DNA from: Botryllus schlosseri
Lineage: Eukaryota
Length of the DNA stretch: 64,000 nt
Reading direction: 5' to 3'
NCBI GenBank assembly: GCA_051294905.1
Contig: CM119372.1
Span: 930,001-994,000 of the forward strand
This document shows, piece after piece, positions 13,697-26,700 of this stretch (the stretch's first letter is position 1; every line of letters begins with the position of its first letter). The notes beneath the pieces were generated by a model, which saw nothing but the letters and a program-made list of their open reading frames with translations, ran no database searches and was not told the origin of the DNA. Made by a program: the position numbers and the translations under genes.

Positions 13697-13890
13697 TTGT
13701 GTCAACAAAAAGAGTTCGTGTACCATCTGAAAATAATACATTGGGCGCTCTCTTATTGGAAATTTCATGCTGGTGTGGTGTCGTCTTATTTTATGATATA
13801 GGCCTACTATGTTCTTTCCAATTCTCTGCTAGTTGCTGACGAGTGTCAGCCGAAAAGATTCGGGTTCATTTCAATATGAATATACTATAT
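13697..13890 (+). mobile_element. Penelope-like element 3' fragment with hammerhead core
   Basis: Homologous to 41290-41468 (LCQQKEFVYHLKI); CTGACGA-GTGTCAGCC-GAAA at 13836-13855. Confidence 0.7.
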
Positions 13891-15916
13891 AATTTTATTT
13901 TATTCATGTCAAGCGTAGCAATGCAATTCAATTCAATTTATTGCTAAAAATTTCTTCATTTCAATATACCACAAGACTGCGATACAATGAAAGTTAAGAA
14001 AAAAAGTGTCGAAACGACTTCGAGTAGTCTGAGAAATCAGACAGCCACATGGCCTGTAGGGTTGTAGCAATGGTTGCAAAGCTGTCCGAATAAATGCTCT
14101 GAAGTTTTGGAAATACGAGTTACGACTTACGATAGAAGGAATATATTTTGAATATCCGCTGAATATATAGGGGTTATTATGTGGTGAAGGTGCTATTGTT
14201 ATCGGTATTTATCGGTATCGGATTATAGACCGCCAGTTATTGATTGTAAATGTACCAGAATTATGTCTGGACAGCAGCTGACTTGAAGAATACGCCTCCG
14301 GAATGTGGTCATATCGCTGTCATTGTCTTTCTTGAATATTTGTGCAAAACTGAATTTAACGAAATTAAGAATCTGTCTTTCTGGCTCAAACACCCGATAT
14401 CGGTCAGGTCATACCCAGGAACCAAATAGAGCGGAATATATTACAGTTGTATACGATAGTTCGCATGTTCAGGTTCATACAAAATCAGCAACCACGAGCA
14501 GCATGCAACATTTCTTCATATGCTATCGAAGGATGAAAGCAAACGAGACAATCTATCGAACATGCCCATGGAGCCGTGAACGATTGATATACCGCGGACA
14601 CACCGTTCTACCTTTGTGGTATCTATGGTTTTCTATCATTTCACTGAACTTTGCCGCCATCTAGAATCGTTAGAAAAAGGCAGGACTTACCTTGTACGCT
14701 CATTCTTGCCATCTAGCGCGACGATTTCCATCCCGATATGTCGCGTTAGGAGATAGTCACCAACAGAGCTCTCAACTCTCGGTTGTCGTAAAATAACGAA
14801 TGAGTGACGTGAAGTACGCTCTTTTATTATCGCGCCCGGATTACACTCAAAGAAATCAAAACTCTCTCGTCTATCACCCCTATGACTGAAATACATCTGA
14901 TCCCAACCATGGGGTGTATCTTATAGCCCTGTTATAATCACGTCATCATGTATCAGTAAATCATTTTGTTGTTTATGAAATTAATTAGCTTGCGATGCAA
15001 AATACCTTCGTTGTTATAAACATCATACCATTATTTAAATAATGAATAGTAATGGTAATATAATGATTTAAAATGCTTATGTTACCCATTAAGATTAAGT
15101 TCTTTAGTCACAATGTATACATATAGACCTATATGCTGAGATTGAAGTTAGTAAGAGCCCATAAAAATGCAGTATTACGCAGAGTTTGACAACTAGAAAA
15201 TTTCCATCTTCACTAATTTAGATTTGAATTACTGAATTCGCAAAAAGTTGGAAATTGAATTAAATTCCGTACTAAAGAAAATCAACAAAATCAAGCTCTG
15301 TCCCTATCAAGTCAGAGTTCATTGAAATAAGCACGAGAACGCTTGGATCGTGTTGCTCTATACCAGGGGTTCTCAAAGGGTGGGCCACTAGTGGGCCACA
15401 GGAGTAATTTGGGTGGGCCACAGAGCTATTTGGAAAATTGTGGAATTCGTGAAAGTGTAGTTGCATTTATCTTTTCTTCATATATTAAAAAATATATCGA
15501 ATTATACGTATGCTACATAAAGCTTTTCATCCGACTCTGATGAGACCTAGTGGTAGCCTACGTATGGAGTCACGAATGTACAAGTCGAAATGGCTGGGGA
15601 TGCGGCGGCTTTTGTACCAACAGCTATGACAACCTCCGGCCAACAGCAACGAAAATAATTTCGATTATATAATAACTGAAAGTTAATGCGGGGATAAATA
15701 TCCAAGTATTCCGACTGGGTCATAATGGATTGAGGAGTTGGCAGTGGCACAGCTCATTAATCTTCGGAGTCGGTCGAAAAATGTCCGGTCTTGAAATCAT
15801 TGTACACAATGTAATAAGTCACATGAATTGGTGGTATCATTGGATTTAATGTTATTACATCGTGACTTCAGAAGGTACAAGGTATATTAGGTAAGACTAC
15901 ATTGTATTACTAGGAT

Positions 15917-18900
15917 CATAGGCGCCGACTTTTATTTTTTTACGAGGCGGCGCAGTGTTGTGACGTCATAATTCTTCCATGTCGATTACGTCATCGTCGC
16001 ACATAAACGCACTTTACTGCATGCCGCTGGCGTTCGTACAGAGTTGAACCATCCGCGTGACATTTTAATATCGGCGTCGCACTCAATAATATCAAACCAG
16101 GCAGTCGAGTTTATTAAATGGAATCTTAGAACGGTACGATCATTTGAAGTGTAACTGCAGCCTGCGCTACCTGTCCGTCCGACGGAACCTGCAGTTGCAT
16201 CAATGTTATTCACGCGCAATGCCCAGTGTGACTAACGAAATACACTACGCATTGGCCTTGAAAGTAACACACGACAACTCTCGAATACTTCAAGCAGACA
16301 ATAATAATGATTACAAACGCGAAATCGCGCGGCCAATCAGTAATTGTCTCTTGCGGTTTCTTGCTTCGCGTTGACCAACTCGCATTACGGCGACTGTTTG
16401 ATGATTAAAACAATGATGCATTTCCCGCTTTAAGTTCGCGAAGCATTTCGGGAGTTCATCGGGCAATTCGTAAATTCAATCTCCATGCCGATGGCCGCCA
16501 ACGCATACCAATGGAATCACGTGTTGACGGCCGCACAAATTTTGTTCTACCGCCGCGGGTTGTCCACCCTTGGGCTAGAATAAATTCCACTTTCGGACAT
16601 TCGATAATGTTTTCTCGATACGAGTACATCAAGCAATCAAGTTTATCGGAATGTAGAAGGTTCCCTGTTCAAACGAATCGAATAGAATCAGAATTTGTGC
16701 CACCCATAATCTTGTGATGCATCACGTTAATAATGAAAGGAAGACTGAAAAATGACTTTGTGTGACAATTTAGGAGTACGAATGTATCAAGTAGGTAACA
16801 AGAAATATCGATGATGGCAAATTAGAAAGCGTGCAATCTAATCAGTATCGCCACGAATCGGTTTTGAGTGTGACATCGTATTGATTAGCTTTCGCCGCGA
16901 CAATTGTTTTGTCATTATATCGGTGTTAAAGCTGTATTGCTGCATTTCCCGATTAATGTCACTGGCAGAGCTTTGTTAGAGAAACGAATCTGCGCAGAAA
17001 TGAATTCCAATTTGCTGGCACACACCAACACACCCTCCAATTTCGCGCTCCGATTACCTATCACGAAGCTAGCTAGCTCATGAATGGTTTTGTAAACGGA
17101 TATTGGTGCAAATAATTTAGATTTCAGAAAAGCAGAACGTATATTTGGGCGTCTGGTCAGCAGAGGATATCTAGGATTGTGCTTCTCAGCACACGCTAGG
17201 CGCGTAGCCAGTGAAAAATTAGGGGATTTGGATTTTCTTTTCAAATTTGGATTTTCTTTTCAAATTTATCAATATAGCATCAATTCAATTAGGGTCAAGT
17301 ACATGTGTAATTGGCGATCATATAACCTCTCCGTATCGACGATTTTAGCCGTATGATATGCTTGCCAAAGAGTCCTGGAGTGCTGTCAATTATAGCGAGT
17401 CACAGATCTCTGGTCAACAATTAAATACGCGCGCGTATTTCGCAGTCTCGGCTAGAGTTTTCGCAAATCAAAATGTCCGAACTCGATGGCACCGATTTCA
17501 AACCTTTATCGTATTTCAGAACTCGAGACATGATACACATCTTCCGGTCGTTACGTTCAAGTATTAGCGGGAATCAATTTCGCACGTTAAAGTCTGTTTG
17601 CAGCGATTTGATGTTATACAGTTTCGCGATGTCGCTTTTTAACCAATATGACAACATGACATAAAACAATCACTGATCAGCGTAAACTCGACTCGATCGC
17701 ATTGTCTCGAAACCAGCGAGAAATCGGAGCCAAAGCATGCTAGACCCGAGATGCGATAGTTAGGCATAGGCCAGCAATTATATCTTTCACTCCAGGCCTA
17801 TTGCAGATGCTATTGTGTAGGGCTGGGCAAAATCGAGTACCTGAGTGATTCGATTCTGAATCACGTAATATGCTTCGAGTCGAGTCGAGTAATCGAGTAT
17901 CACTCATTATGACGTCATAACAGAATGTAATACGTCAAAGTTCAAATATGTACCGTTTATGCCCCCACAATTGCCACAAAGATTATAATGCTTGTTATCC
18001 TTCTCATAAATTATAATTTGGTATTTTTCGACCATACCGATTTCATTCCACTTAGTGACAAACTGACAATATTGTGGGATAATCATGACTTCGGAAATGT
18101 GCTACGTCCAGTAACCTTCGTAGCTTTGTACGATATGTTTCGTATGCTACGATACCGCCAATCAAGGTTTCAAGACTTCAACAGTGGATGATAGTATCAA
18201 AACTATAATTCTAGAGATAAATTAACTTTCAGTGGCGATAAGCGTATAATTTCAGTGCTCGAAAAAATCGACTTTTGCTACTCGACTCGAATCATTAAAA
18301 TTAATACTCGATTCAGATTCGAGTACTCGAATCATTGTGCCCAGCCCTACTATTGTGTAGACCAGCGATGATATCGTGTACACCAGGCTAAAGCAGCCAA
18401 TGCAGATTTGATTGCGCAGTTAAGCGATGATATAGTGTGAACTGGGCCTATTGCAGATGCGATTGTTGAAGCCTGCGGAACCAGGCATGATCGAGACGCG
18501 ATAAATCAGGCTAGCGACGATTGCCACGCGCACGGGAATGAATGACCTAATTTCGTGACCATCTCAGCGGGAGATCATCACTGATTCGTCTCGCTAGTTG
18601 TCAACACGTTTCTCGCAAATCCGTCGCGCGGAACACTGATTACACAATTATTGAATTGCAACTGAATATTAGAGTTAAAATGATCATTTAAAACTGACGG
18701 GGTTGCGTGTTTCAAATAGGGAGTTCGACCTCCGAAACCCCGGTGGCTAAGAGCCTGGCACACGCGCGTATCGAAATCAAAGACATCTCTAACGAGGTCG
18801 CATCGATTTGTCTTATTACTAATTACTGGTCACAAATCACTTGGGCGTTTGAGCATTTTGTACGAGGTGGCCGCCACCTCGTAAATATGGTCACGAGGTG

Positions 18901-18938
18901 GCTGCGCCACCTCGTAACCTCGTAAGTCGGCGCCTATG
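15917..18938. mobile_element. Nested DNA transposon (hAT-like, 8-bp TSD)
   Basis: TIR CATAGGCGCCGACTT / AAGTCGGCGCCTATG; TSD ACTAGGAT at 15909-15916 and 18939-18946. Confidence 0.85.
17818..18349. mobile_element. TAGGGCTGGGCA-family hAT MITE (third nesting level)
   Basis: TIR TAGGGCTGGGCA / TGCCCAGCCCTA; TSD CTATTGTG on both sides. Confidence 0.88.
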
Positions 18939-19049
18939 ACTAGGATATTAAAAAAATAATTCACTTCTCTTTAGTATCCCATTCATCAAAGAATTGTTTG
19001 AAGCGGGTCCAGAATGGGTATAGTATTCCCCACCAGAGTGGAATTAAAC

Positions 19050-19397
19050 TAGGCTTACCACTTTTTCAGAAATTGGAGACTTGCAAAGCTGGAGTAGAAT
19101 TCTCAAAAACCGGTCAATTTTTCCCACTTTGTGACCGGTTGACTGAAAAAAAAGGTCATCTTTCCGCTCGGAGCTCAATATAGCGTTTTTCGCTCCGAAA
19201 TACCCTCCGGAGCGCCACTTCTGTGCTAATTTACGGCATGTCACTCGCAATTTGCTCTAAAACTGACCTCAATTTTCAAAAAAGAGAAAGAGGACAAAAT
19301 CTCAAAAAAGAGGACAAAAGGGCGTCCTCCGAGGACACTTTCAAAAAAGTCGAAAAAGAGGACAAATCCTCTTAAAAGAGGACGTATGGTAAGCCTA
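19050..19397. mobile_element. hAT MITE (GAGGAC-rich family)
   Basis: TIR TAGGCTTACCA / TGGTAAGCCTA; TSD AATTAAAC on both sides; related pieces near 12780-12890, 21686-22057 and 27350-27755. Confidence 0.85.
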
Positions 19398-20053
19398 AAT
19401 TAAACCCACAATCACACAGTGAATGCGGGGAACGGATCATTGGGTTTCGCTACTTGAGTGGAACAGAGGGTGTACGCAAGAGTTATACGATTGCAGGGCT
19501 GTAACTTTCGCACCCCTAACCCACAATTGGGATAGCTCTAAGTCTAATAATTATTTCGTTGGTTGTCTGTTGGAGATTTATTTACCTCGAAATTTTTCGT
19601 CGCGCTTCGCGCGATTTCATGTTCCCTCAGATCGACATTTAAATATGAACGCTGAACAGTAATAAAAGAAACATCCGTATATTATAAAGAAATAGCCATA
19701 TCGGCGGCGATAAGCCTACATATTGAAATGCACTACGACTTGAAAAAAGGAGGGCCACAGAACATTTTCAAACCAGAAAATGGGCCACAGCCAAAAATGG
19801 CTGAGAACCCCTGCTCTATACAGTTATGGTAACCATGGAACTGGCGAGTTCAATCAATCAATCGACAGATTATATTTTCATTTGACCAAGACACATACAC
19901 AATGTACAATGCGATATACAAGACACATAATACCGTATGCTGTGCTGTGTCATTTTCAGGAAAACCAAATAAGATTAGAATTAAAATGGGATCATAAAAA
20001 CATTTCACAAATTGATCATTATCGACATTTCCCTCTAGCTAGTCCAATTCGAC

Positions 20054-21214
20054 CAGTGGTTCTTAACCTCGCCTGCAGCGCCCCCAAAGAAGCGCTGGCG
20101 ATATTAAAGGGGGCGGTAACGCTCAGCGAGCGGTAACGCTCAGGGGGCGATATTGGGGGCTCTGGGCTCAGGGGGGGCGATATGGGGGCCGCTGAAGAAA
20201 AATGGTTTCGTAGCAGATTATGTGGTACTAAGATCCAATATAAAAGTCCCGAAAAGACCGACAGGACTTTCACCTCTTACCAGGACCGAAACTGCTGCAG
20301 CCCAAACCCCCAATCGGTGAGCTCGAAGGGTGCCCTAAATTATTTCGGTGAACGAACATAAATTACACATCATGTTTTGACGACTCCCCAACGGCAAAAT
20401 ACGCATAATTATAGAAAATAGAAATAGGCATTTCGGCGTCGGCCATCACCACGCCATGATGCACGAAGACATGAAGTTCCGGTCAATATGGGACTCCGAG
20501 CAGTGTGTCAAAAAAGATCGTCAGCGAGAAAATCTTAGCCGAAGAGGATTGCCCTTATGTTGACCGTAAACCTCAATGTATATAAGTCTAATTGTCCACA
20601 GGTGCTTAAATCGCTCGTGCCGAATTATCATGTCGTCGCAATCTGCACCCCACAGGACAAGTAACCTCCATCAGGGAAAATTATTTGCCAGTGAAGAAAT
20701 ACCAATTTTAAATCGTGTGCTTACTTTAGTTTAACACGTTTATGCGTTTCAAGTTTTTTTACTATAACGGACAAGAGCTAACAAAATAACACCATGTAAC
20801 TAATTGATTGTACCAACACGAACGCCCGAATATGTTCAATTATTAATTACGTGGCCTTCATTTGCCAATACAAAAGCCCACTCAGCGCTACTGGTAAATC
20901 TGATTACGTGAGCTGAGAGCATAAAAAGTTTATAGCGACATACATATGCAATTGCCATCTATTCATTCATGCATTATAGAACATTTTGGCGCATGCCGAC
21001 CAACGAAATCACGCGACGGGGTTCTTGACGGCGAAGCCCTGAAATGTTTGGTTTATCACGCTATGGGTGCGCAAGACAATCGTTTTTAGGGGCCTGTTAC
21101 GGCCCTCTCTCTAACCCATTGTTTTCATTACAGTCCTTACAATATGAGGTGGGGGCGATGGAGTACGATAATTTTTGAAAGGGGGAGCTAGAGGATAAAG
21201 GTTAAGAACCACTG
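20054..21214. mobile_element. hAT/Charlie-type non-autonomous element
   Basis: TIR CAGTGGTTCTTAACC / GGTTAAGAACCACTG; flanks AATTCGAC / AATGAGAC; GGGGGCGA subterminal repeats. Confidence 0.75.
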
Positions 21215-21271
21215 AATGAGACCATTGGAATTATCTAGTTGTACTTGTACAATTCATGTCTGATATATACG

Positions 21272-22057
21272 TAGGGCAAGTTTTTGCAACTTTTGCAACT
21301 TCTTTTTACAGCTTCCGGCAGCTTCCTAAATACTCGTAAGATATGTAGAATGCTGTTTTAAGCTGTTTGAACGAATCTTATAGTGCAATCTTTTGCAACT
21401 TTTTTCCATTTTTTCATGCAACTCTTTGCAACATTTTGCAACTTTTGCGATTTTTCATGTGAGTATTTTCGGTTTTGGTGAAATACACGGCCAAATTCGA
21501 CTAAAACACCGTAAATCAGCACCGAAATACGGGTATTTCGGGAGCTGAGCCGGTAAATTGACCTTTCCTTTTTTTAGTCAACCGAGCAAAATGTGGTCTT
21601 TTAGTGCAACTTTTGCAACTTTTGTCAAAAATAGATAAATAAATGCAACTTTCCACGGATTTAACTGCAACAAAAACTTACCCTAGTTACCATTTTTGGA
21701 AATCTGAAAAGAGGTCACTTTATAAAAAAATTCAGAATTGCAAAACCGGAGGAAAATCCCGAAGAAATGGTAAATTTCTCCCACAATGTGGTCGGTTGAC
21801 TAAAATAAATGTCAACTTTCTTGCTCAGTGTCCAAAATACAGTTTTTCTTTCACATTGTTAGGTGGTTGACTTAAAAAAGGGTAAATTACCCAGCGGAGC
21901 GTTACTTCAGTGCTGATTTACTGTAGCTAAGTCGATTTTGCCATATATTTAACCAAAATTCTCAAAAAAGAGGTCATTTGGGCGTCCTCCGAGTACACTT
22001 TCGAAATAGTCAAAAAAGGGGTCAAATCCTCTGAAAAGAGGACGCATTGTAACCCTA
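21272..22057. mobile_element. Composite of two MITEs (TTTTGCAAC-repeat element abutting a GAGGAC-family element)
   Basis: TAGGGCAAGTTTTTG...CAAAAACTTACCCTA (21272-21685) followed by a GAGGAC-family element ending GTAACCCTA at 22057. Confidence 0.55.
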
Positions 22058-23633
22058 TGTATAAGGATACAATTTTACAAACCGAAATCTCAGCATATCT
22101 TGTGAAGGCAATTAACGAACTGTAAGTAACAGTATTTCGAAACGGCTATAATCGGACTCGACTCGTCTTTCAATCGCGAATACGATTAGCATCTTGAACC
22201 CGACAATCCGATTTAGACTAACATCTCAGGCTATAGAGTCCAAAATACTATCGAAGTAGCTATACGCTTTGCCAAAAGTGACAGGGAGAAGTGAAGGCAA
22301 TGACTACTGCATCATTCCTGGAGAACTTGAGGAAGCGCACCTACTTGTTTTTGCTTATTCTGTTCGATTAATTTGTAATAATCGATATTCTTGAAGTGCG
22401 TCTAACTTGAACCACCCATTATAAACTTCGAGAGTTGGTCAGAAATTGCAGACGTACATCAACGAAGTACTTGTACTTGTTTAGATAACTTTTACTTCTT
22501 CTGTTTTTAGGTGAAACTACTTATTTTTTACAGTTGGTTTCTTGAAAAGTAGAAAGTAGTTGGCATCACTTATATAAGTTAAATTGTAATTACCATGCTG
22601 GGCGAACCAGTCCCTGTATCTCGATAGCTAAACATATTTTCGAAAATTGCACATATTCGTCTTGTTATTAGACATTTTGTGTTAGTAGCGAATATACCAG
22701 ACTTGTAATGAGTCGAGTCACACAATGCGTAATTTTTCGTTGACTCGACTTGACTGGGGTCATCACAAGCCTGGTTTATTCCATTTCTAAGGAAATGATT
22801 CTACTCGACTAAAGTCAATTTGTATCGACTTCTACTCGAGTCATTGCGCATGACTCGGCACGTTCTATTGAAATCTTTTATATCAGGAGCAATAATTATA
22901 ATTACAAAATAGTCCCTGAAACACTGTTTTTTGTTTGCTTGAATAAGCATCTTTACAGTGAGAAAAATAAGTATATTTTGAAGCCGAGGCCTTCTATATT
23001 TCCCAAGAGTTTTACAATGGTGAGTTGAACCTGACTTGAAGTCGAACTAGAACCTGGCTCTGTGATGATTTGAAAATCACTCGACTTGAAAGTGGCCACA
23101 TCTGATTACCTGTTAAAGTATGCGACCTATCAAGTAAGTCTACTTCTTGAAACTATTGCAGTACTTTTCAGACTTCGATTTTCTACTTCCGCTTAAAGTG
23201 GTTTTGAAATGTTTCAAGCTACTTCTATTTCTACTTGAGCAGTAATTTACCGGGTTACTTTCACTGGAGCTCCAGACGCTCATTACTTTGACCACCTCTT
23301 GAAATGAGACCATTGCAGGAGCGCCGCAGATAAATCATGGATAATTAACCTTCGGAATGTTAATTGTCGGCTTTTATTTGCTATTTATTTTAGGGTAGTT
23401 GCAGTGCCCATGTCTGTATTATAATTCATATTTTCGGAATCAGTGCGACAGTAGCTTTCGTTCAAGATCGTTACAGTCGTTTGGCAAACTATAACATTAC
23501 CAAACCTCTTTACGAAGTTACCAGATACTGTTAGTGATTTGTGGTTGCCCAACCGTGCAGTCACGTGTTTCGTATCCCTCCGTATGTTGGTTATCTTTAG
23601 TAACGACATCCTTGGTTAATAAATGGAGCTCAC

Positions 23634-23751
23634 TTTTTTGAAAAAGGTTGTGTTGCAGGTTTTTCCGCGGTACGTGCAGCTGAGAAGATACTCGGAAAGC
23701 TCGTGTCCGGTACGGTCGTAGAATTCTGTCATGTTGAAATCTCCCTTCGCT
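23634..23751 (-). CDS. ASIC: ASIC cassette A exon 4
   Basis: catttcAG acceptor, AAA|GTGAGC donor; [12 protein letters not shown]...[11 protein letters not shown]. Confidence 0.92.
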
Positions 23752-26700
23752 CTGAAATGATGGTTTGTTCCGATATCACTGGTCGACACATATTTTTTTG
23801 CAGACAAAGTAAATGTAGTTTTGGGGGTTCTGAAGGGCACTGATTCCGAATATGTCCTTACTTTTTTCAAATTGTCTCTTGTTTTTTAGATAATCCATGG
23901 GACTATTTTGACCAAAATTCCCCATTTTCGCTGTAATGGCTTGATAGAAAATCGGCTCAGTCGTACCATAAAGTTTAGAAATTCAATCTAGGCCTACTAG
24001 ATATTTTTTACACAAAGAAGACTTTTTTAAAATCAAAATACAGCAACAGCACTATATTTAATGTTATTAGATTTGTCATAGTTATAGACTTTCACGTATA
24101 TTATCTTGCACATAAATAAACTCCAGTCATGTATATATAAGTATTTACACATATACTAAAATAACGTGGCATTAATTCAATCAATTTTACGTCAACTACC
24201 TATTTTAAATTGGAAATAATCAGTTGGAATATCATATTATTAATTAATGTTGAAGCACAATTGTTTTTTGTTCGATTTTCGCCTGTAAGCAATTTAGTGC
24301 GGTTTCGCGAAAAGTTCTAGGTAGTGATGTTATTCTCATCCATACATATACACACAATATATAATTCCATGCAAGAAGGACAGTGTCATGCAATGAGCAG
24401 GTATATCTATCAGCCGGATTTTTTGATGTGAAAGGGATCTTTGATAAATCTTCAACTTCGCATTTGATGAGCTTCTTATTGATCAATGTCTCTGAAACTT
24501 TTTCTTATTATATTTTCGTAACGGCCAGAATCAGTAACTGAGTCAAGTCTATTATGTGAGGTCATGAGAGTGGCGTATCCCGGGGCTAAGGATCTAGGAA
24601 ACCCCCTTTCCACATCCAAAAATTCATTGCCTGCTGATAATTGCTCATTTGTCAGTCCAATATATATAATAATAGTGCTTACATGAGTACGAACTCTGAT
24701 TTGATAAGAAATGTACTTGATCTTTGTGATCTTTGTTGTACTTTAATCAAATTCGGAATTTAATCGAATTTCCAAGTTGTTGCGAATTCAGTAATTCTAA
24801 TAGTAATCTAATTTTAAAAAGCTACAATTCTAATTTTAATAACTAGCAAACATTCGATAAAGCGAAACGTCAATAGACAGCATCTAGTGACCACAGTAAA
24901 CGGATTTTCACGTCTTTTCGATTTTACACGGAACACATTGATTATGTGCTGTTGACAACGGAAAGAAATTAGAGCGCAGTTGTCATATATTCTGTCCTAC
25001 GTGAAGTCGGTCCTGAAATTCGTCAGCTTTTCAATCCATTTCTTCTGACGTTCGAGCTCCTGGTGCGCTGAGAAATCGGTGATGTTTCCTTCGGCAAGGC
25101 TTCTGAGAAAGGGAGGCTCGAGCATCTCGTCGTCCTTATTCAGGAAACCCAGTAGCTGCCCTGAAAAAGTCAGTGAAAACTGAAAAGTGCCAATTAGAAG
25201 TAGAAGTAGTTTAACATCATAACCACTTAAGGAAGTAGTGCAAGTAAACTAAATTTGCTCGAAGTACTTCTAAAAGGGAAAGTACTTCATTACTGGCAAC
25301 CTTTGGTGCTAGGGATGAGGCTGGGGTGAACAGTTCGGTAAAGTCTACGAAAATTTGCAACTCTGGTCAGACTTGATTCGAGTCATGACACAAGTCATTG
25401 CAACCTTGGTATGTAATAATCAGTATTCGGGTTACAGATTAATGTTAAGTGTTAGGAGCTAGGTTAAGCGTGAGATTACGAGTTGCCTGGTGCCGAATGC
25501 ACTTGAAACATTCCTTTCATCATGGCATTTTTATTGCAATACTGTATGTTTCTCACCTGCGAAGTACATGTCGTTCTTGGTGACTTCGTTGAGTCGAAAC
25601 TCGTTCACGTTGCAAATAGTGATAGCGGGGAAGGTCAAATTGCCGGCTGCGACTTCGTCCAGTCGCGTTACGTGAGGAAATTGCAAATAATACACGGCAC
25701 GGTTGGTGCTCTGAATGCAGACATCGCAGTTTTAGGGTGTATTGCAGATATGCCCCTTGAAAAGTCATTGGAGATCTCCTAAATCGGTGATAGTTGACAA
25801 GCTATTAAACTTCTCCCGATTAATGACTGATTGCCATCTGTGTAACGCAAGCCAACCGATTACTGACGCGATCGCGGATTGATCGGGATCTGTGCAATCC
25901 ACCCCGAGGGCTCCCCTAAACGCATTCCTTCGCAGGATTAACGGGGCAATAATTGGCGTTTTGGCGCTAAATCACATTTGAAAAAGGAGATAATAATATA
26001 GTTATTAAATTAGACAAATTAGAGCGAAATGCCGGTAATCTAATTCTAATCTAATTTGAGAAATGTTCTTACATTTTAGTTCTGAACTAATTTCTGATAT
26101 TCCTGAAAATGCTGCAGGATAACTGTATCGTGTGAAACGATCCAAACTTGGTGTACAGACATTTGCCATTCTCACGCTTTTGGACTGAACTCGATTTTGT
26201 TGAAGCTCCTTCTAATTACGAATTTAATTCAATATCCTGTTTGCTGCTAATGCAGTTATTCTGATTATATCTAATTAAATAAAACTGTGTAGCTATCATT
26301 TTAATTCTAATCGAATTTGGAAAAGCCTAAATATATCTTAGTTTTCCAACTCTGTTTTTATCAGAGCAGACAGCAGAGTCACACGCAATCAGGCTGCAGA
26401 TGACGCCAGACCTTTCTCTGCAAATCGCGCCGAGGTGTCGTTCATTAATTATTAATTGTTATTAAACAGGTTCAGAAAATATTCTCTTTGATCTTGCTAG
26501 GATTCGAGATCACATGCAATATTGATGCGACGAACTGGCGCGTCTGTAAACGGACTGCCATGGTATTGATGTCGAGATCATCCATAGATAACTATAACCT
26601 GCGGATAGACGCACAGCACGTGACAGCACGGTTGGGCAATCAGATGCAAATTTATAAATCTGTACTGTTGCGAACCACTTGAGGTCATAGTTATGGTCAC

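Larger units (their letters stand above)
15364..19813. mobile_element. Non-autonomous hAT element (outer shell of a nest)
   Basis: TIRs CAGGGGTTCTCA / TGAGAACCCCTG; perfect 8-bp TSD CTCTATAC at 15356-15363 and 19814-19821. Confidence 0.85.

Noticed and set aside
15530..15800. CTGATGAG...GGTCGAAA as a split hammerhead
   Set aside because: No matching stem I and the halves are over 200 nt apart; CCGACTC / GAGTCGG look like repeat termini.
16915..17244. 109-aa ORF as an ASIC exon or transposase
   Set aside because: No DEG/ENaC or DDE motif recognised; it lies inside a non-autonomous element.
17740..18510. CRISPR-like spaced repeats (GGCCTATTGCAGATGC units)
   Set aside because: Eukaryotic context, degenerate units with related spacers and no cas genes; an internal minisatellite of a transposon.
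23385..26682. Two short ORFs sharing HVTARLGN (23385-23609 and 26488-26682)
   Set aside because: They are inverted copies of a non-coding dispersed repeat, without splice signals or further protein similarity.
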